Shown piece by piece: positions 44,466 to 54,589 of a DNA stretch of 64,000 bases (its first letter is position 1; every line of letters begins with the position of its first letter). A program made the translations under genes and the position numbers. Origin of the DNA: an uncultured Gemmatimonadales bacterium (lineage in GTDB: Bacteria; Gemmatimonadota; Gemmatimonadetes; Longimicrobiales; RSA9); assembly GCA_963798085.1 (NCBI GenBank), contig CAWCRS010000007.1, forward strand, positions 1,344,001-1,408,000, read 5' to 3'. The notes under the pieces were generated by a model, which saw only the letters and a list, made by a program, of their open reading frames with translations, ran no database searches and had not been told where the DNA came from.

Positions 44466-45377
44466 ATGATGTCCACCGTGCTGGATCAGCCGCCGCCCGT
44501 CAGGGCGACTCCGCGGCGAACCCGCCTCGCCATGCGCGGACTCATGCTTCCTCAGCCGCGCGAACCACGGTGGATCACACCGCTGGCTCTGCTGCTTGCT
44601 GCGGCCGTACACCTGCTGTTCATCCTGATTTTCCGCGTGCCGGCGCCGGGCGCGACCCATGGCACCGAACAGTTTTTCGTGGTGCTGCCCAATCCGACAA
44701 CAGATCAGGGCGAGCGTATGGTAGAACCGGCGGCTCCCTCCGCGGCCGGTCAGGCGGCGCCGGCAGTGACGCCGCTGCGCGAGCCCGCGCGTATTCCCAC
44801 CGAGATTCCGAAGCCGAGCGTGGCGCAGCCGGGCATACGGGTGACCGCGCCGACGCCCGTGGCGACGGCAGGCGAGGGCGCAGGCAAGGGAAACGGTGGC
44901 AAAGGGGCGCAGACTTCGGTCGCGGACCGACTGCTGCCCCGCGCAACAGACGCCCGCATCTGGGGACCCGTCATTGCTACCGGTGAAGCGCCGGATCCGG
45001 TGAAGGCAGCGCTGGCGCCGCTGTACGGTCAGATTGCGGCCTTCAATGACTCGCTGCGCCTGGCAGGCGACGCGGCGGCGCGCGCCACGGACTGGACCGT
45101 GAAGGATGGCAATGGTGGCCGCTGGGGCGTCAGTCCGGGCGAGATCCACCTCGGCAAGGTCACGCTGCCGCTGCCCTTCGGTTTCTCGACACCGCCGGGC
45201 CGTCGCGATGAGCTGAGCGGACGCCTCAGCACGTGGAACGCCATCCAGCGGCAGGCGGGCCAGGTCGAGGCCAGCGAGAGTTTCAAGGAGCGCGCAAAGG
45301 CCATCCGTGATCGCAAGGCCGCCGAACGCGACAGCACGAAAGCGGCTGCGAAGAAGACCGGTGGCTCCGGCGGCTGA
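44466..45377 (+). CDS. Hypothetical membrane-anchored Pro-rich protein (TonB/TolA-like N-terminus)
   Basis: TM helix with His (AAAVHLL), Pro/Ala/Gly linker, C-terminal DWT..GRWGVSPGEIHLG domain. Confidence 0.7.
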   Translation: MMSTVLDQPPPVRATPRRTRLAMRGLMLPQPREPRWITPLALLLAAAVHLLFILIFRVPAPGATHGTEQFFVVLPNPTTDQGERMVEPAAPSAAGQAAPAVTPLREPARIPTEIPKPSVAQPGIRVTAPTPVATAGEGAGKGNGGKGAQTSVADRLLPRATDARIWGPVIATGEAPDPVKAALAPLYGQIAAFNDSLRLAGDAAARATDWTVKDGNGGRWGVSPGEIHLGKVTLPLPFGFSTPPGRRDELSGRLSTWNAIQRQAGQVEASESFKERAKAIRDRKAAERDSTKAAAKKTGGSGG

Positions 45378-45484
45378 GACGACGCACGAGTTCCGCACTG
45401 AACCCCGCGCAGCATCGTCGCCTGCAACAAACACCATAACAGCCCTGTACAGAAGAACACGCGCCGTGACGCGGCGTTTGTCCG

Positions 45485-45514
45485 TTGACGGACGGGAATA
45501 ACGGCCGCTAACCT
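45485..45514 (+). promoter_or_regulatory. Putative sigma70 promoter of valS
   Basis: TTGACG-N18-TAACCT, 32 nt before the ATG. Confidence 0.5.
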
Positions 45515-45546
45515 GATCGTCAGGCACTCACAGAAAAGATCGGAGC

Positions 45547-48273
45547 ATGCGCGAGCCGCTGGCGCCTCAGTTCGACCCGAAAGCCATCGAGCAGCCGCTG
45601 TACAGCGACTGGCAGGAGCACGGCTACTTCCATGCGGACGCGGAGCGCGTGCGTTCGGGTGAGCGGCAGGCGTATGTCATCGTCATTCCGCCACCCAACG
45701 TGACCGCCGTGCTGCACATGGGTCACGGGCTCAACAACACGATTCAGGACGTGCTCACGCGCTGGCAGCGCATGCTCGGCTGCGAAGCGCTGTATCTGCC
45801 GGGCACGGACCACGCCGGCATCGCCACACAGAATGTGGTGGAGAAGCTGATCGCACGCGAAGGCAGGACGCGTGATGACCTGGGCCGCGATGCCTTCGTG
45901 GCGCGTGTGTGGGCGTTCGTGAACGAGACGGGCTCGACCATCCTCGAGCAGCTCAAGGCGATCGGCTGTTCCTGCGACTGGAGCCGCACGCACTTCACGC
46001 TCGAGCCCGAGCTGTCACAGGCCGTGCGCGTCGTGTTCGTGCGTCTGTACGAGAAGGGACTCATCTATCGCGGCAATTACATCATCAACTGGTGCCCGCG
46101 CTGCCTGACTGCGCTTTCCGATGAAGAAGCGGAAGGCGAAGAGACGCAGGGGAAGCTGTGGCACCTGCGCTATCCGCTCGCACAGTTCCCGCCCGACGTC
46201 GATCTGCCTCGCCTGCCCGATGGCCGACCGTACATCACGGTGGCGACGACGCGGCCCGAGACCATGCTGGGTGACACCGCGGTGGCCGTGCACCCGTCCG
46301 ACGCGCGCTACGCAAAGCTCATCGGATCCACAGTGGCGCTGCCGCTGACCGACCGCACGATTCCGATCGTGGCAGACGAGTACGTGGATCCGGCATTCGG
46401 CAGCGGCGCTGTGAAGCTGACGCCGGCGCACGACCCGAACGATTTCGCGATCGCACAGCGGCACGCGATTCCCGCGCTCAATGTGATGGCGCCGAACGCG
46501 ACGATGAACGACAACGTGCCGGCTCGTTTCCGCGGACTGGACCGCTTCGAGGCGAGGCGGCTGGTCGTGCAGGCGTTCCAGGAGGCGGGTCTGCTGGAGC
46601 GCATCGAGGACCACCCGCACACGATACCACACTGTTATCGCTGCGACACCGTGGTGGAGCCGCGACTTTCGGAGCAGTGGTTCGTGCGCATGAAGCCCCT
46701 GGCGGAACCGGCACTGGCCGCATCGCGCGAAGGGCGCGTGCGCTTCACGCCCGAAAGGCACCGCAAGGTCTACGAGAACTGGCTCGAGAACATCCGCGAC
46801 TGGTGCATCTCGCGGCAGCTCTGGTGGGGCCATCGCATTCCCGTGTGGTACTGCCGCGCGCCGGGCTGCGAGGAAACCATCGCGAGCATCGAGGATCCCG
46901 ACCGCTGCGCGAAGTGCGGCGGTGCACTCGAGCAGGACCCGGATGTGCTGGACACATGGTTCTCGTCCTGGCTCTGGCCGTTCTCGACACTGGGCTGGCC
47001 GCGCGACACCGCGGACCTCGAGGCGTTCTATCCCACACAGACGCTGGTCACGGCGCCCGAGATCCTGTTCTTCTGGGTGGCGCGCATGATCATGGCCGGC
47101 ATCGAGTTCATGGGCGATGTGCCGTTCGGCGATGTCTACCTGAACGGAACCGTGCGCGACCTGCAGCATCGCAAGATGTCGAAGTCGCTGGGCAATGGCA
47201 TCGATCCGCTCGAGGTAGTGAATCTCTTCGGTGCGGACGCACTGCGCTACACGGTGATCGCGGCGCAGGGTCTGGGCACGGACCTGTACATGGACCCGGA
47301 CAATCTCGAAGAGACGTTCGCGCCCGGTCGCAACTTCGCCAACAAGATCTGGAACGTGGGCCGCTTCGCGCTGCTCAACCTGGGTGACGATGCGGTGTCA
47401 GCGGTGGCGGATGTGCGTGACACGCTCGAGCTGGCGGATCGCTGGATCCTCGCGCGGCTGGACGCGGCGGTGCGCGATGTGACGGCGCAGCTGGAGAGCT
47501 TCCGCTTTCACGAGGCCGCCAATGGCGCGTACCGCTACTTCTGGAACGAGCTGGCCGACTGGTACGTCGAGCTGATCAAGCCTCGCCTGCGCGAGGATGC
47601 GGCTGCAGCGAGCCGGGACGCGGCGCGCGCCACCCTGGTGGCGGCGCTGGACGGCGCGCTGCGCCTGCTGCACCCGATCATGCCGTTCATCACCGAGGCG
47701 CTGTGGCGCCAACTCCCTGTTATACGGACGGAAGAGCGCGGCCCGGCGCTGATGATCGCACCCTGGCCCGAGGCCTCGGATCTGCTCGAGGACAACGCAG
47801 CCGAAGCGGAGATGTCCGCGCTCATCGAGCTGATCGGTACCGTGCGCACGCTGCGCAACGAGTACAACGTGCCGGCCGCGGCGGCGGTGGAGATCCAGCT
47901 GAGCAATGTGGCGCCGCCGTTGCATGCGGCGCTGCAGGCGGAGCGGCGGGCGCTGGAGCGTCTCGCCCGCGTGGGCCGTGTGCTGCACTCGGCGAACGGC
48001 ACGCAGGGGGCCGGTGCACACGCCGTGCTGCGCGGCGGCACCGAGCTGTTCCTGCCGCTGGCGGGACTCATCGACATCGAACGCGAACGCACACGGCTGC
48101 GCGAAGAGCTGGACCGGCTGGAAGGGCAGTTGCGGGCGGTGCAGGCAAGGCTGGGCAACGAAAATTTCGTGAGTCGCGCACCGGCCAATGTCGTGGCGAG
48201 GGAGCGCGACAAGGCCGCGAATTTCCGCGATCAGCGCGACCGGCTCGCAACGAAGCTGGCGGCACTCGAGTGA
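45547..48273 (+). CDS. valS: Valine--tRNA ligase
   Basis: PPPNVT..LHMGH, GTDHAGIATQ, DWCISRQLWWGH, KMSKS, C-terminal coiled coil. Confidence 0.99.
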   Translation: MREPLAPQFDPKAIEQPLYSDWQEHGYFHADAERVRSGERQAYVIVIPPPNVTAVLHMGHGLNNTIQDVLTRWQRMLGCEALYLPGTDHAGIATQNVVEKLIAREGRTRDDLGRDAFVARVWAFVNETGSTILEQLKAIGCSCDWSRTHFTLEPELSQAVRVVFVRLYEKGLIYRGNYIINWCPRCLTALSDEEAEGEETQGKLWHLRYPLAQFPPDVDLPRLPDGRPYITVATTRPETMLGDTAVAVHPSDARYAKLIGSTVALPLTDRTIPIVADEYVDPAFGSGAVKLTPAHDPNDFAIAQRHAIPALNVMAPNATMNDNVPARFRGLDRFEARRLVVQAFQEAGLLERIEDHPHTIPHCYRCDTVVEPRLSEQWFVRMKPLAEPALAASREGRVRFTPERHRKVYENWLENIRDWCISRQLWWGHRIPVWYCRAPGCEETIASIEDPDRCAKCGGALEQDPDVLDTWFSSWLWPFSTLGWPRDTADLEAFYPTQTLVTAPEILFFWVARMIMAGIEFMGDVPFGDVYLNGTVRDLQHRKMSKSLGNGIDPLEVVNLFGADALRYTVIAAQGLGTDLYMDPDNLEETFAPGRNFANKIWNVGRFALLNLGDDAVSAVADVRDTLELADRWILARLDAAVRDVTAQLESFRFHEAANGAYRYFWNELADWYVELIKPRLREDAAAASRDAARATLVAALDGALRLLHPIMPFITEALWRQLPVIRTEERGPALMIAPWPEASDLLEDNAAEAEMSALIELIGTVRTLRNEYNVPAAAAVEIQLSNVAPPLHAALQAERRALERLARVGRVLHSANGTQGAGAHAVLRGGTELFLPLAGLIDIERERTRLREELDRLEGQLRAVQARLGNENFVSRAPANVVARERDKAANFRDQRDRLATKLAALE

Positions 48274-49580
48274 CACGCAGGCTGTTGCGGCTGTCTGGCG
48301 CCGTCGCGCTCGCGGCGGCGTGCGCGCACCCGCTCCCGCCGCCGGGCGGCACACCCGACAAGACGCCACCACGCATCATCGGCACGACGCCCGAGGATCT
48401 GGCCGTGGTGCCCGAATTCAAGGGCGAGGTGATCTTCCGCTTCGACGAGCGCATCAGTGAGCGCGGCGTCGACGGATCCGTTGTGGTGTCTCCCGAGTCC
48501 GGTCATATGAAGGTTTCGCACGGCCGCTCCAATGTGCGCGTCAAGCTGGACGGCGGCTGGCGCAAGGACGTCATTTATCACGTGCTGCTCGCGCCCGGCA
48601 TCACCGATCTCTTCAGCAATGCGCGCAAGGAGCCGGTGGAGCTGGTGTTCTCGACCGGGCCGCCCATCACGCAGACAGCCATTGCCGGCCTGGTCACGGA
48701 TCGCATCACGGGCCGCCCCGTGCAGGGCGCGGTGATCGACGCGACGCAGCGCGAGGACTCGCTGCGCTACACCACGGTCACCGATACGGTCGGCTTCTTC
48801 GCGCTCGGCCACCTGCCCGTCGGCACCTACGACGTGGTGGCGTTCACCGACCAGAACCGCAACCGCAGGAAGGATCCATCGGAAGCGGCGTCGGTCGGCG
48901 TCTCGCAGCGGCTGAACAGCCCGCAGGACACATTTCCGCTGGATCTCGTGGTCGTGCCGCAGGACACCACACCACCTCGCCTGGCGCGTGCCGACGGCCG
49001 CGACTCAATGCAGGTGCGCATGGTAACAGACGATTATCTCGAGCCCACACTGCCACTGCCCGTCATCCAGGTCCACATCCTGGCGCTTCCCGACAGCACA
49101 CCCGCCGGTGGCACGCTGCGGCTCGTTACCGTGGACACGTTCAATGCCATGACGGCGAGGGCCGCGCGCGTCGAGCAGGCGAAGCGCGATTCCATCAGGC
49201 TGGATTCGCTGGTGGCGGACTCCGCTCGCGGTGACACCGTCGCGGCGAAACGACTGGTTGCCGCAAGGCAGGCGGCGCGCGCACAGGCGCAGGCGGCGCA
49301 GGCACAACCCGCGCGGCAGACGCAGCAAGGGCCCGCGATCCCGTCCATCGGGCCGCTCCCGTTCCAGGAGCTGGTCGTGATTCCCTCGCAGCCGCTGGCG
49401 CCCGGCAAGTATCTGCTGGAAGCGAGCGGGCTCGTGAACATCTCCGGCAGACAGGGTGGAGGCGGCACTGCGCCGTTCGAGATTGCGGCGCCGAAGAAGA
49501 AAGTGCCTGCCGACACGGGCAAGGTGAGCCTGCGCGCACCGCGCGGGCCGCCACGCCAGGCACGGGGGCGCTGGCCATGA
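48270..49580 (+). CDS. Ig-like (Big_5) and carboxypeptidase-regulatory-like domain lipoprotein
   Basis: Lipobox AAAC followed by PPPGGTPDKTPP, FDERI, FSTG, AFTDQNRN. Confidence 0.82.
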   Translation: MTRRLLRLSGAVALAAACAHPLPPPGGTPDKTPPRIIGTTPEDLAVVPEFKGEVIFRFDERISERGVDGSVVVSPESGHMKVSHGRSNVRVKLDGGWRKDVIYHVLLAPGITDLFSNARKEPVELVFSTGPPITQTAIAGLVTDRITGRPVQGAVIDATQREDSLRYTTVTDTVGFFALGHLPVGTYDVVAFTDQNRNRRKDPSEAASVGVSQRLNSPQDTFPLDLVVVPQDTTPPRLARADGRDSMQVRMVTDDYLEPTLPLPVIQVHILALPDSTPAGGTLRLVTVDTFNAMTARAARVEQAKRDSIRLDSLVADSARGDTVAAKRLVAARQAARAQAQAAQAQPARQTQQGPAIPSIGPLPFQELVVIPSQPLAPGKYLLEASGLVNISGRQGGGGTAPFEIAAPKKKVPADTGKVSLRAPRGPPRQARGRWP

Positions 49581-50962
49581 GTGATGCGCGCCGGCAGATC
49601 CCGGCGGTCGACCGACTGCTGGCGAGCGCCGCGTTCGAGCCGATCCTGGCGCACGAGCCGCGCGGCCTCGTGGTACTCGCGGTGCAGCAGGTGCAGGCCG
49701 AGCTGCGTACCTTGCTGGCGGCCGGCGGCGATGCGGGCAGCCAGACTCACGACGCGGCCTGGTACGCACTGCGTGTCAGTGCGGCGCTGGAGAACATTCG
49801 CCGGCCATCACTGCGTCCGGTCATCAACGCCACCGGCGTCGTGCTGCACACGAACCTGGGCCGCGCACCCCTCGCCGACGCCGCGCTGCGCGCGGTGCAG
49901 CGCACCGCACGCGACTATTCCAACCTCGAGTTTGACCTCGAGCGCGGCACGCGCGGCTCACGCTACGTGCACTGCGCGGAGCTGCTCACACGGCTCACCG
50001 GCGCCGAAGCCGCGCTGGTCGTGAACAACAACGCGGCCGCGCTGGTGCTGGCGCTCAATACATTGGCGCGCGGCCGCAGCGCGGTGATCAGCCGCGGCGA
50101 GCTGGTGGAGATCGGCGGTTCCTTCCGTGTGCCCGAGATCATGGCCCGCGCCGGCGTGAACATGTGCGAGGTGGGCGCCACCAATCGCACCCACCTCGCG
50201 GATTATCGCGACGCACTCGGTCAGGACTGCGCGCTGATCCTCAAGGTGCACCAGTCCAACTTCCGCATCGAAGGCTTCACGTCCGATGTCTCCATTGCCG
50301 CCCTCGAGCCGGTAGCGAAAGAGCGCGGCGTACCTCTGCTGCACGACCTTGGCTCCGGCCTGCTCATCGCGAGTGAGGACCTGGGCCTGCCGTACGAGCC
50401 TACACCCATGGATTCGTTGCGCGCGGGCGCCGACATCGTCACGCTGAGCGGCGACAAGCTGCTGGGCGGGCCGCAGGCCGGCCTGCTGCTCGGTCGCAGG
50501 GACCTGATCGAAAGCATGCGCGCGAATCCGCTGTGCCGTGCGCTGCGCGTGGACAAGCTCACCCTGGCCGCACTCGAAGCCACACTCGCGCTCTACCTCG
50601 AGCCGGAGCGCGCACGGCGCGAGATCCCGACGCTGCGCATGCTCACACTGACGGAAGCAGAGCTGCGGGAGCGTGCCGAACGACTGACCGCGGCATTGCG
50701 CGCGGAGGATATTCCGGCCGAGGCCGTGGCCGCGGATTCCGCCGTGGGTGGCGGCGCCTTTCCGGCACTTGCGCTGCCCACATGGGTGGTCCGCATAGGC
50801 GACGACGGGTTTTCCGCGAGCCGGCTCGAACACCGCCTGCGCACGGGGCAGCCGCCCGTCGTGGCCAGAGTGGCCGATGGCCGGGTGCTGGTGGACCCGC
50901 GCACGGTAATGGCGGAAGAGGAGGAAGCCCTGCTGAACGCTGTACGCGCCGCCGTCGCCTGA
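49577..50962 (+). CDS. selA: L-seryl-tRNA(Sec) selenium transferase
   Basis: VINATGVVLHTNLGRAP, VNNNAAA, SRGELVEIGGSFR, SGDKLLGGPQ. Confidence 0.97.
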   Translation: MSDARRQIPAVDRLLASAAFEPILAHEPRGLVVLAVQQVQAELRTLLAAGGDAGSQTHDAAWYALRVSAALENIRRPSLRPVINATGVVLHTNLGRAPLADAALRAVQRTARDYSNLEFDLERGTRGSRYVHCAELLTRLTGAEAALVVNNNAAALVLALNTLARGRSAVISRGELVEIGGSFRVPEIMARAGVNMCEVGATNRTHLADYRDALGQDCALILKVHQSNFRIEGFTSDVSIAALEPVAKERGVPLLHDLGSGLLIASEDLGLPYEPTPMDSLRAGADIVTLSGDKLLGGPQAGLLLGRRDLIESMRANPLCRALRVDKLTLAALEATLALYLEPERARREIPTLRMLTLTEAELRERAERLTAALRAEDIPAEAVAADSAVGGGAFPALALPTWVVRIGDDGFSASRLEHRLRTGQPPVVARVADGRVLVDPRTVMAEEEEALLNAVRAAVA

Positions 50963-50973
50963 TCCGGGACCGC

Positions 50974-51556
50974 GTGCAACAGAGCGGACGTCGTGCCGTG
51001 TTCCTCGATCGTGATGGCACGATCATCGTGGACCGCCATTATCCCGCCGACCCGGATGCCGTCGCGCTGATCCCGGGCGCGGCGGGTGCGCTGCGCCGGC
51101 TGCAGAACGCGGGCTGGCTGCTCGTCGTCATCAGCAACCAGTCCGGCATCGCGCGCGGCCTGCTCGACGAAGAAGCGTACTTTTCCGTACAGCGCGCGTA
51201 TGGAGTCCCTGCTGGCGCAGAACGGTGTGCGCATTGCAGGATCGTGGCACTGCCCGCATCACCCGGATTTCACGGGTCCATGCGGGTGCCGCAAGCCGGG
51301 TCTTCTGCTGTTCCAGCAGGCGGCCGAAACTCTGGGCATCGACCCTCGCCGGTCGGCGTTCGTGGGCGATCGCCCGAGTGATGTGCAGCCCGGCCTTGCT
51401 CTGGGCGGACTGGCGTTCCTGGTGCGCACCGGATACGGCCAGGAGCAGGCGGCGCAAGCGCCTGCCGGCGTGGTAGTTGTGGCGGATCTCGCGGAGGTCG
51501 CGGATCGCCTGCTGACAGGGTTCGGCGCGGTTGACACGGATTCCGAGCCTGAATAA
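50974..51556 (+). CDS. gmhB: HAD phosphatase, GmhB/HisB-N family (+1 frameshift near 51193)
   Basis: FLDRDGT and SNQSGIARG in one frame; CPHHP..CGCRKP, VGDRPSD and VRTGYG in the next. Confidence 0.85.
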
Positions 51557-51559
51557 CGT
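51531..51559 (+). promoter_or_regulatory. sigma70 promoter of iscA
   Basis: TTGACA-N17-TAACGT. Confidence 0.65.
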
Positions 51560-51673
51560 TACCTGCGTTCCCAGCGGTGGTTCGGCGGTGTCGCTCACCA
51601 TGACACCGAGGCCGAACACAGGTTGCTCGAAGGGGTACCTTGTGGCCGTACGGGACGCTCATCAGGAGGAGCA

Positions 51674-52003
51674 ATGACCATCATTGTCACGTCGACGGCG
51701 GCTGGCGAAGTCCAGCGCTTCATGGATGAGCAGGGAGCGAACGGCGAGGCCGGCCTGCGTGTGGCCGTTCTGCCTGGTGGCTGCTCGGGCTTCCAGTACG
51801 GACTGAACATCGAAGACGAAGCACAGGATGACGACGAGATCCTCGAATCGAACGGCGTTCGCCTGTTCGTGGATCCGTTCAGCGGGCAGTACCTGGATGG
51901 TGTCGAGATCGACTACGTGACGACGATGATGGGCGCAGGGTTCACGTTCAAGAACCCGAACTCGACGGGCGGCTGCGGCTGCGGCAGCTCGTTCACCGTC
52001 TGA
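51674..52003 (+). CDS. A-type Fe-S cluster carrier (HesB/IscA/ErpA)
   Basis: GGCSGFQY, FKNPNSTGGCGCGSSF; SD AGGAGG. Confidence 0.96.
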   Translation: MTIIVTSTAAGEVQRFMDEQGANGEAGLRVAVLPGGCSGFQYGLNIEDEAQDDDEILESNGVRLFVDPFSGQYLDGVEIDYVTTMMGAGFTFKNPNSTGGCGCGSSFTV

Positions 52004-52029
52004 CGCGGCGACACCGCTTCTGACTGGTT

Positions 52030-52065
52030 GCGGGCCCGCGGGCGAACCCTGCGGGCCCGCTTTGT
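52030..52065 (+). terminator. Terminator-like hairpin between iscA and nadA
   Basis: GCGGGCCCGC at 52030 and 52051 (self-complementary) around GGGCGAACCCT, then TTTGT. Confidence 0.6.
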
Positions 52066-52091
52066 CTCACGGTAGCAAACCGACGACGCAC

Positions 52092-53180
52092 ATGACGCCG
52101 ACTCCCCTGCCGACCACGGCCCATCTGCCGACGCCCCTGCACTACGCGCGCATTCCGGCCGACGCGCTGACCGCGCGCATCCTGGAGCGCAAACGCCAGC
52201 TCAACGCAGTGCTGCTCGGGCACAACTACCAGCGCAGCGACATCCAGCAGGTCAGCGACTACGTGGGCGATTCGCTCGGTCTGTCGCAGCAGGCGGCCGC
52301 CACACCCGCGGATGTCATTGTCTTCTGCGGCGTGCACTTCATGGCGGAGACGGCGAAGATCCTGTCGCCGTCGAAGACCGTGCTGATGCCCGACCTGCGG
52401 GCCGGCTGCCCCATGGCGGACTTCGTCACGGGCGATGCGCTGCGCAGGGCAAAGGCGGACATGCCTGATGCCGCAGTGGTCGCGTACGTGAACTCGACTG
52501 CCGAGGTGAAGGCGGAATCGGACATCTGCTGCACGAGTGCCAACGCGGTGCGCGTCGTGGAATCGATTGCACGCGACCGGCGCATCCTCTTCGTGCCGGA
52601 TCGCAACCTCGCGCACTACGCGGCCGAGCGCACGGGTCGCGCCTTCCGCACCATGAGTGACACGCGCAGCACAGGCAATGCAGGCGAGATCGTTGCCTGG
52701 GATGGCTACTGCTACGTGCACGATGATCTCGTGCTCACCGAGCTGACCGCCGCGCGCAAGGCGCACCCCGAAGCGCGCGTAGTGATCCATCCGGAAGCGC
52801 GGCGCGAGCTGCTCGAGGAGGCGGACTTCATCGTGTCGACGTCAGGCATGGCCGAGCTGGCGAAGGCATACGACTCGCTGATCATCGGCACCGAGCGCGG
52901 ACTCGTCGACCGTTTGCGCGAGATCTACCCGAACAAGACGCTGATTCCGCTTTCGGGCGCCGCGATCTGCGGCAACATGAAGGTGAACACGCTGGCCAGA
53001 CTGGCGTGGTGCCTGGACCACGAGCAGTACGAAGTGCGGCTGGACGAAGCCGAGCGCATACGCGCCGAGCTGGCCGTGCGCCGCATGCTCGAGCTGTCCG
53101 ACGGCTGGCGCGCACCCACAGAGGAAGAAGCACGACTCGAGGAAGCGGGCTTGCGCCGCAGCGGTTGCGGCTGCGCCTGA
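52092..53180 (+). CDS. nadA: Quinolinate synthase
   Basis: HNYQ, GDSL, FCGVHFMAE, GCPMA, YVNS, CTSAN, C.VH, HPE, ICGNM. Confidence 0.96.
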   Translation: MTPTPLPTTAHLPTPLHYARIPADALTARILERKRQLNAVLLGHNYQRSDIQQVSDYVGDSLGLSQQAAATPADVIVFCGVHFMAETAKILSPSKTVLMPDLRAGCPMADFVTGDALRRAKADMPDAAVVAYVNSTAEVKAESDICCTSANAVRVVESIARDRRILFVPDRNLAHYAAERTGRAFRTMSDTRSTGNAGEIVAWDGYCYVHDDLVLTELTAARKAHPEARVVIHPEARRELLEEADFIVSTSGMAELAKAYDSLIIGTERGLVDRLREIYPNKTLIPLSGAAICGNMKVNTLARLAWCLDHEQYEVRLDEAERIRAELAVRRMLELSDGWRAPTEEEARLEEAGLRRSGCGCA

Positions 53181-53221
53181 GCCGGTGGCTGCCCGCCTCG
53201 CCGTGAGGTAGCTTCGCCGTC

Positions 53222-53881
53222 ATGGCACTCATCACGATTCGCGGTTTCTCGGCGCCCGTGTTCCAGGAGAATGCGTGGCTCATGTGGCGTGCCGGTACCG
53301 GCGTCGCCGTGGCCGTGGATCCGGGTGGTCAGGCCGCGACACTGGTGCGACAGCTGGACACGGAGCGACTCAGGCTGGACGCGATTCTGCTGACACACGC
53401 ACACATCGATCACATCGAAGGCATTGCCGAACTGACACGGCGTTATCCGGCGCCCGTGTACCTGCACCCCGCCGACCAGACGCTCTACGATCACGCCGCG
53501 GACCAGGCCGCAGTGTTCGGCCTGCGCATCGAGACGCCGCCGCCCGTGGACAGGGAGCTGGCCGACGGCCAGCAGCTGCACCTCGCCGACATCGATCTGG
53601 AAGTGCGCCACGTGCCGGGTCACGCGCCCGGCCACGTGATCCTCCATGTCGCGGAAGCCGGCGCCGCGTTCGTAGGCGACGTGATCTTTCAGGGGAACGT
53701 CGGTCGGACGGATCTTCCCGGTGGAAACTTTCCACTGCTCGCACGCAGCATCCGCAAGCAGGTGTTCACACTACCGGCCGACACCGTGCTGCACCCGGGC
53801 CACGGTCCGGACACCACGGTGGGGCACGAACAGGCCACGAACCCGTTCCTCATCCCGCAGTACGGGGGTGGACTCGCCTGA
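53222..53881 (+). CDS. Metallo-beta-lactamase fold hydrolase (glyoxalase II/YcbL-like)
   Basis: THAHIDH, PGHAPG, GDVIF, PGHGP. Confidence 0.94.
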   Translation: MALITIRGFSAPVFQENAWLMWRAGTGVAVAVDPGGQAATLVRQLDTERLRLDAILLTHAHIDHIEGIAELTRRYPAPVYLHPADQTLYDHAADQAAVFGLRIETPPPVDRELADGQQLHLADIDLEVRHVPGHAPGHVILHVAEAGAAFVGDVIFQGNVGRTDLPGGNFPLLARSIRKQVFTLPADTVLHPGHGPDTTVGHEQATNPFLIPQYGGGLA

Positions 53882-54589
53882 TGGTTCGCGTCGCGGTCTT
53901 CGCATCGGGCGGCGGCACCAATCTCCAGGCTCTCCTCGACCATCTGAACCACAACAACAGCCCGGTTGCCCGCGTGGCGCTGGTCGTGAGCGAACGCGCC
54001 GGTGCGGGCGCACTCGAACGCGCGCGTAGCGCTGGCGTCGCCACACGCATCGTGCCTGTAACCGGGCGCACTGCGGAAGAAGTGGCGGCGGATACGCTGG
54101 AGGCGCTCGAGGCCGAAGCCATCGAGCTGATCGCGCTGGCGGGATACCTGAAGAATGATTCCGCTCGCTGTCGTGCACCGCTTCGCGGGACGCATGCTCA
54201 ACGTGCACCCGGCACTGCTGCCTGCCTTCGGTGGCAAGGGCATGTACGGGCGGCACGTGCACGAAGCCGTGCTGGCGGCAGGCTGCTTCGTGAGCGGCGT
54301 CACCGTGCACCTGGTCGAAGAGCAGTACGACGAGGGCCCGATCATCGCGCAATGGCCCGTGCCCGTGCTGGCAGGCGACACGGCCGATACACTGGCGGCG
54401 CGCGTGCTGCGCGTCGAACACGCTGTTTTTCCGTTCGCCGTCGAAGCCATCGCGCGCCGGTTGCACGACTCGCCCCGCCACGGCTTCGCCGCAACCGACC
54501 CGGCCGGCTTCGCCTGGAGTGAGGGCAGTGCGGAGCTGCTCGCGGGACTGCGCCACCTGTATCCTCGAGGCAAGGGAAAGGACGGGTAA
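53881..54589 (+). CDS. purN: Phosphoribosylglycinamide formyltransferase (+1 frameshift near 54154)
   Basis: ASGGGTNLQA and LAGYLK in one frame; NVHPALLP and GVTVHLV..YDEGPII in the next. Confidence 0.93.

Noticed and set aside
45378..45546. T-box riboswitch upstream of valS
   Set aside because: There is no T-box consensus or terminator, and the putative promoter leaves only a short leader.
52004..52091. NAD+-I (nadA motif) riboswitch
   Set aside because: The spacer is short and holds only a simple palindromic hairpin; no tandem aptamer is recognisable.
53178..53222. Selenocysteine readthrough of the nadA TGA after GCGCA
   Set aside because: The readthrough frame runs out of frame into the next gene, and no convincing SECIS hairpin follows.
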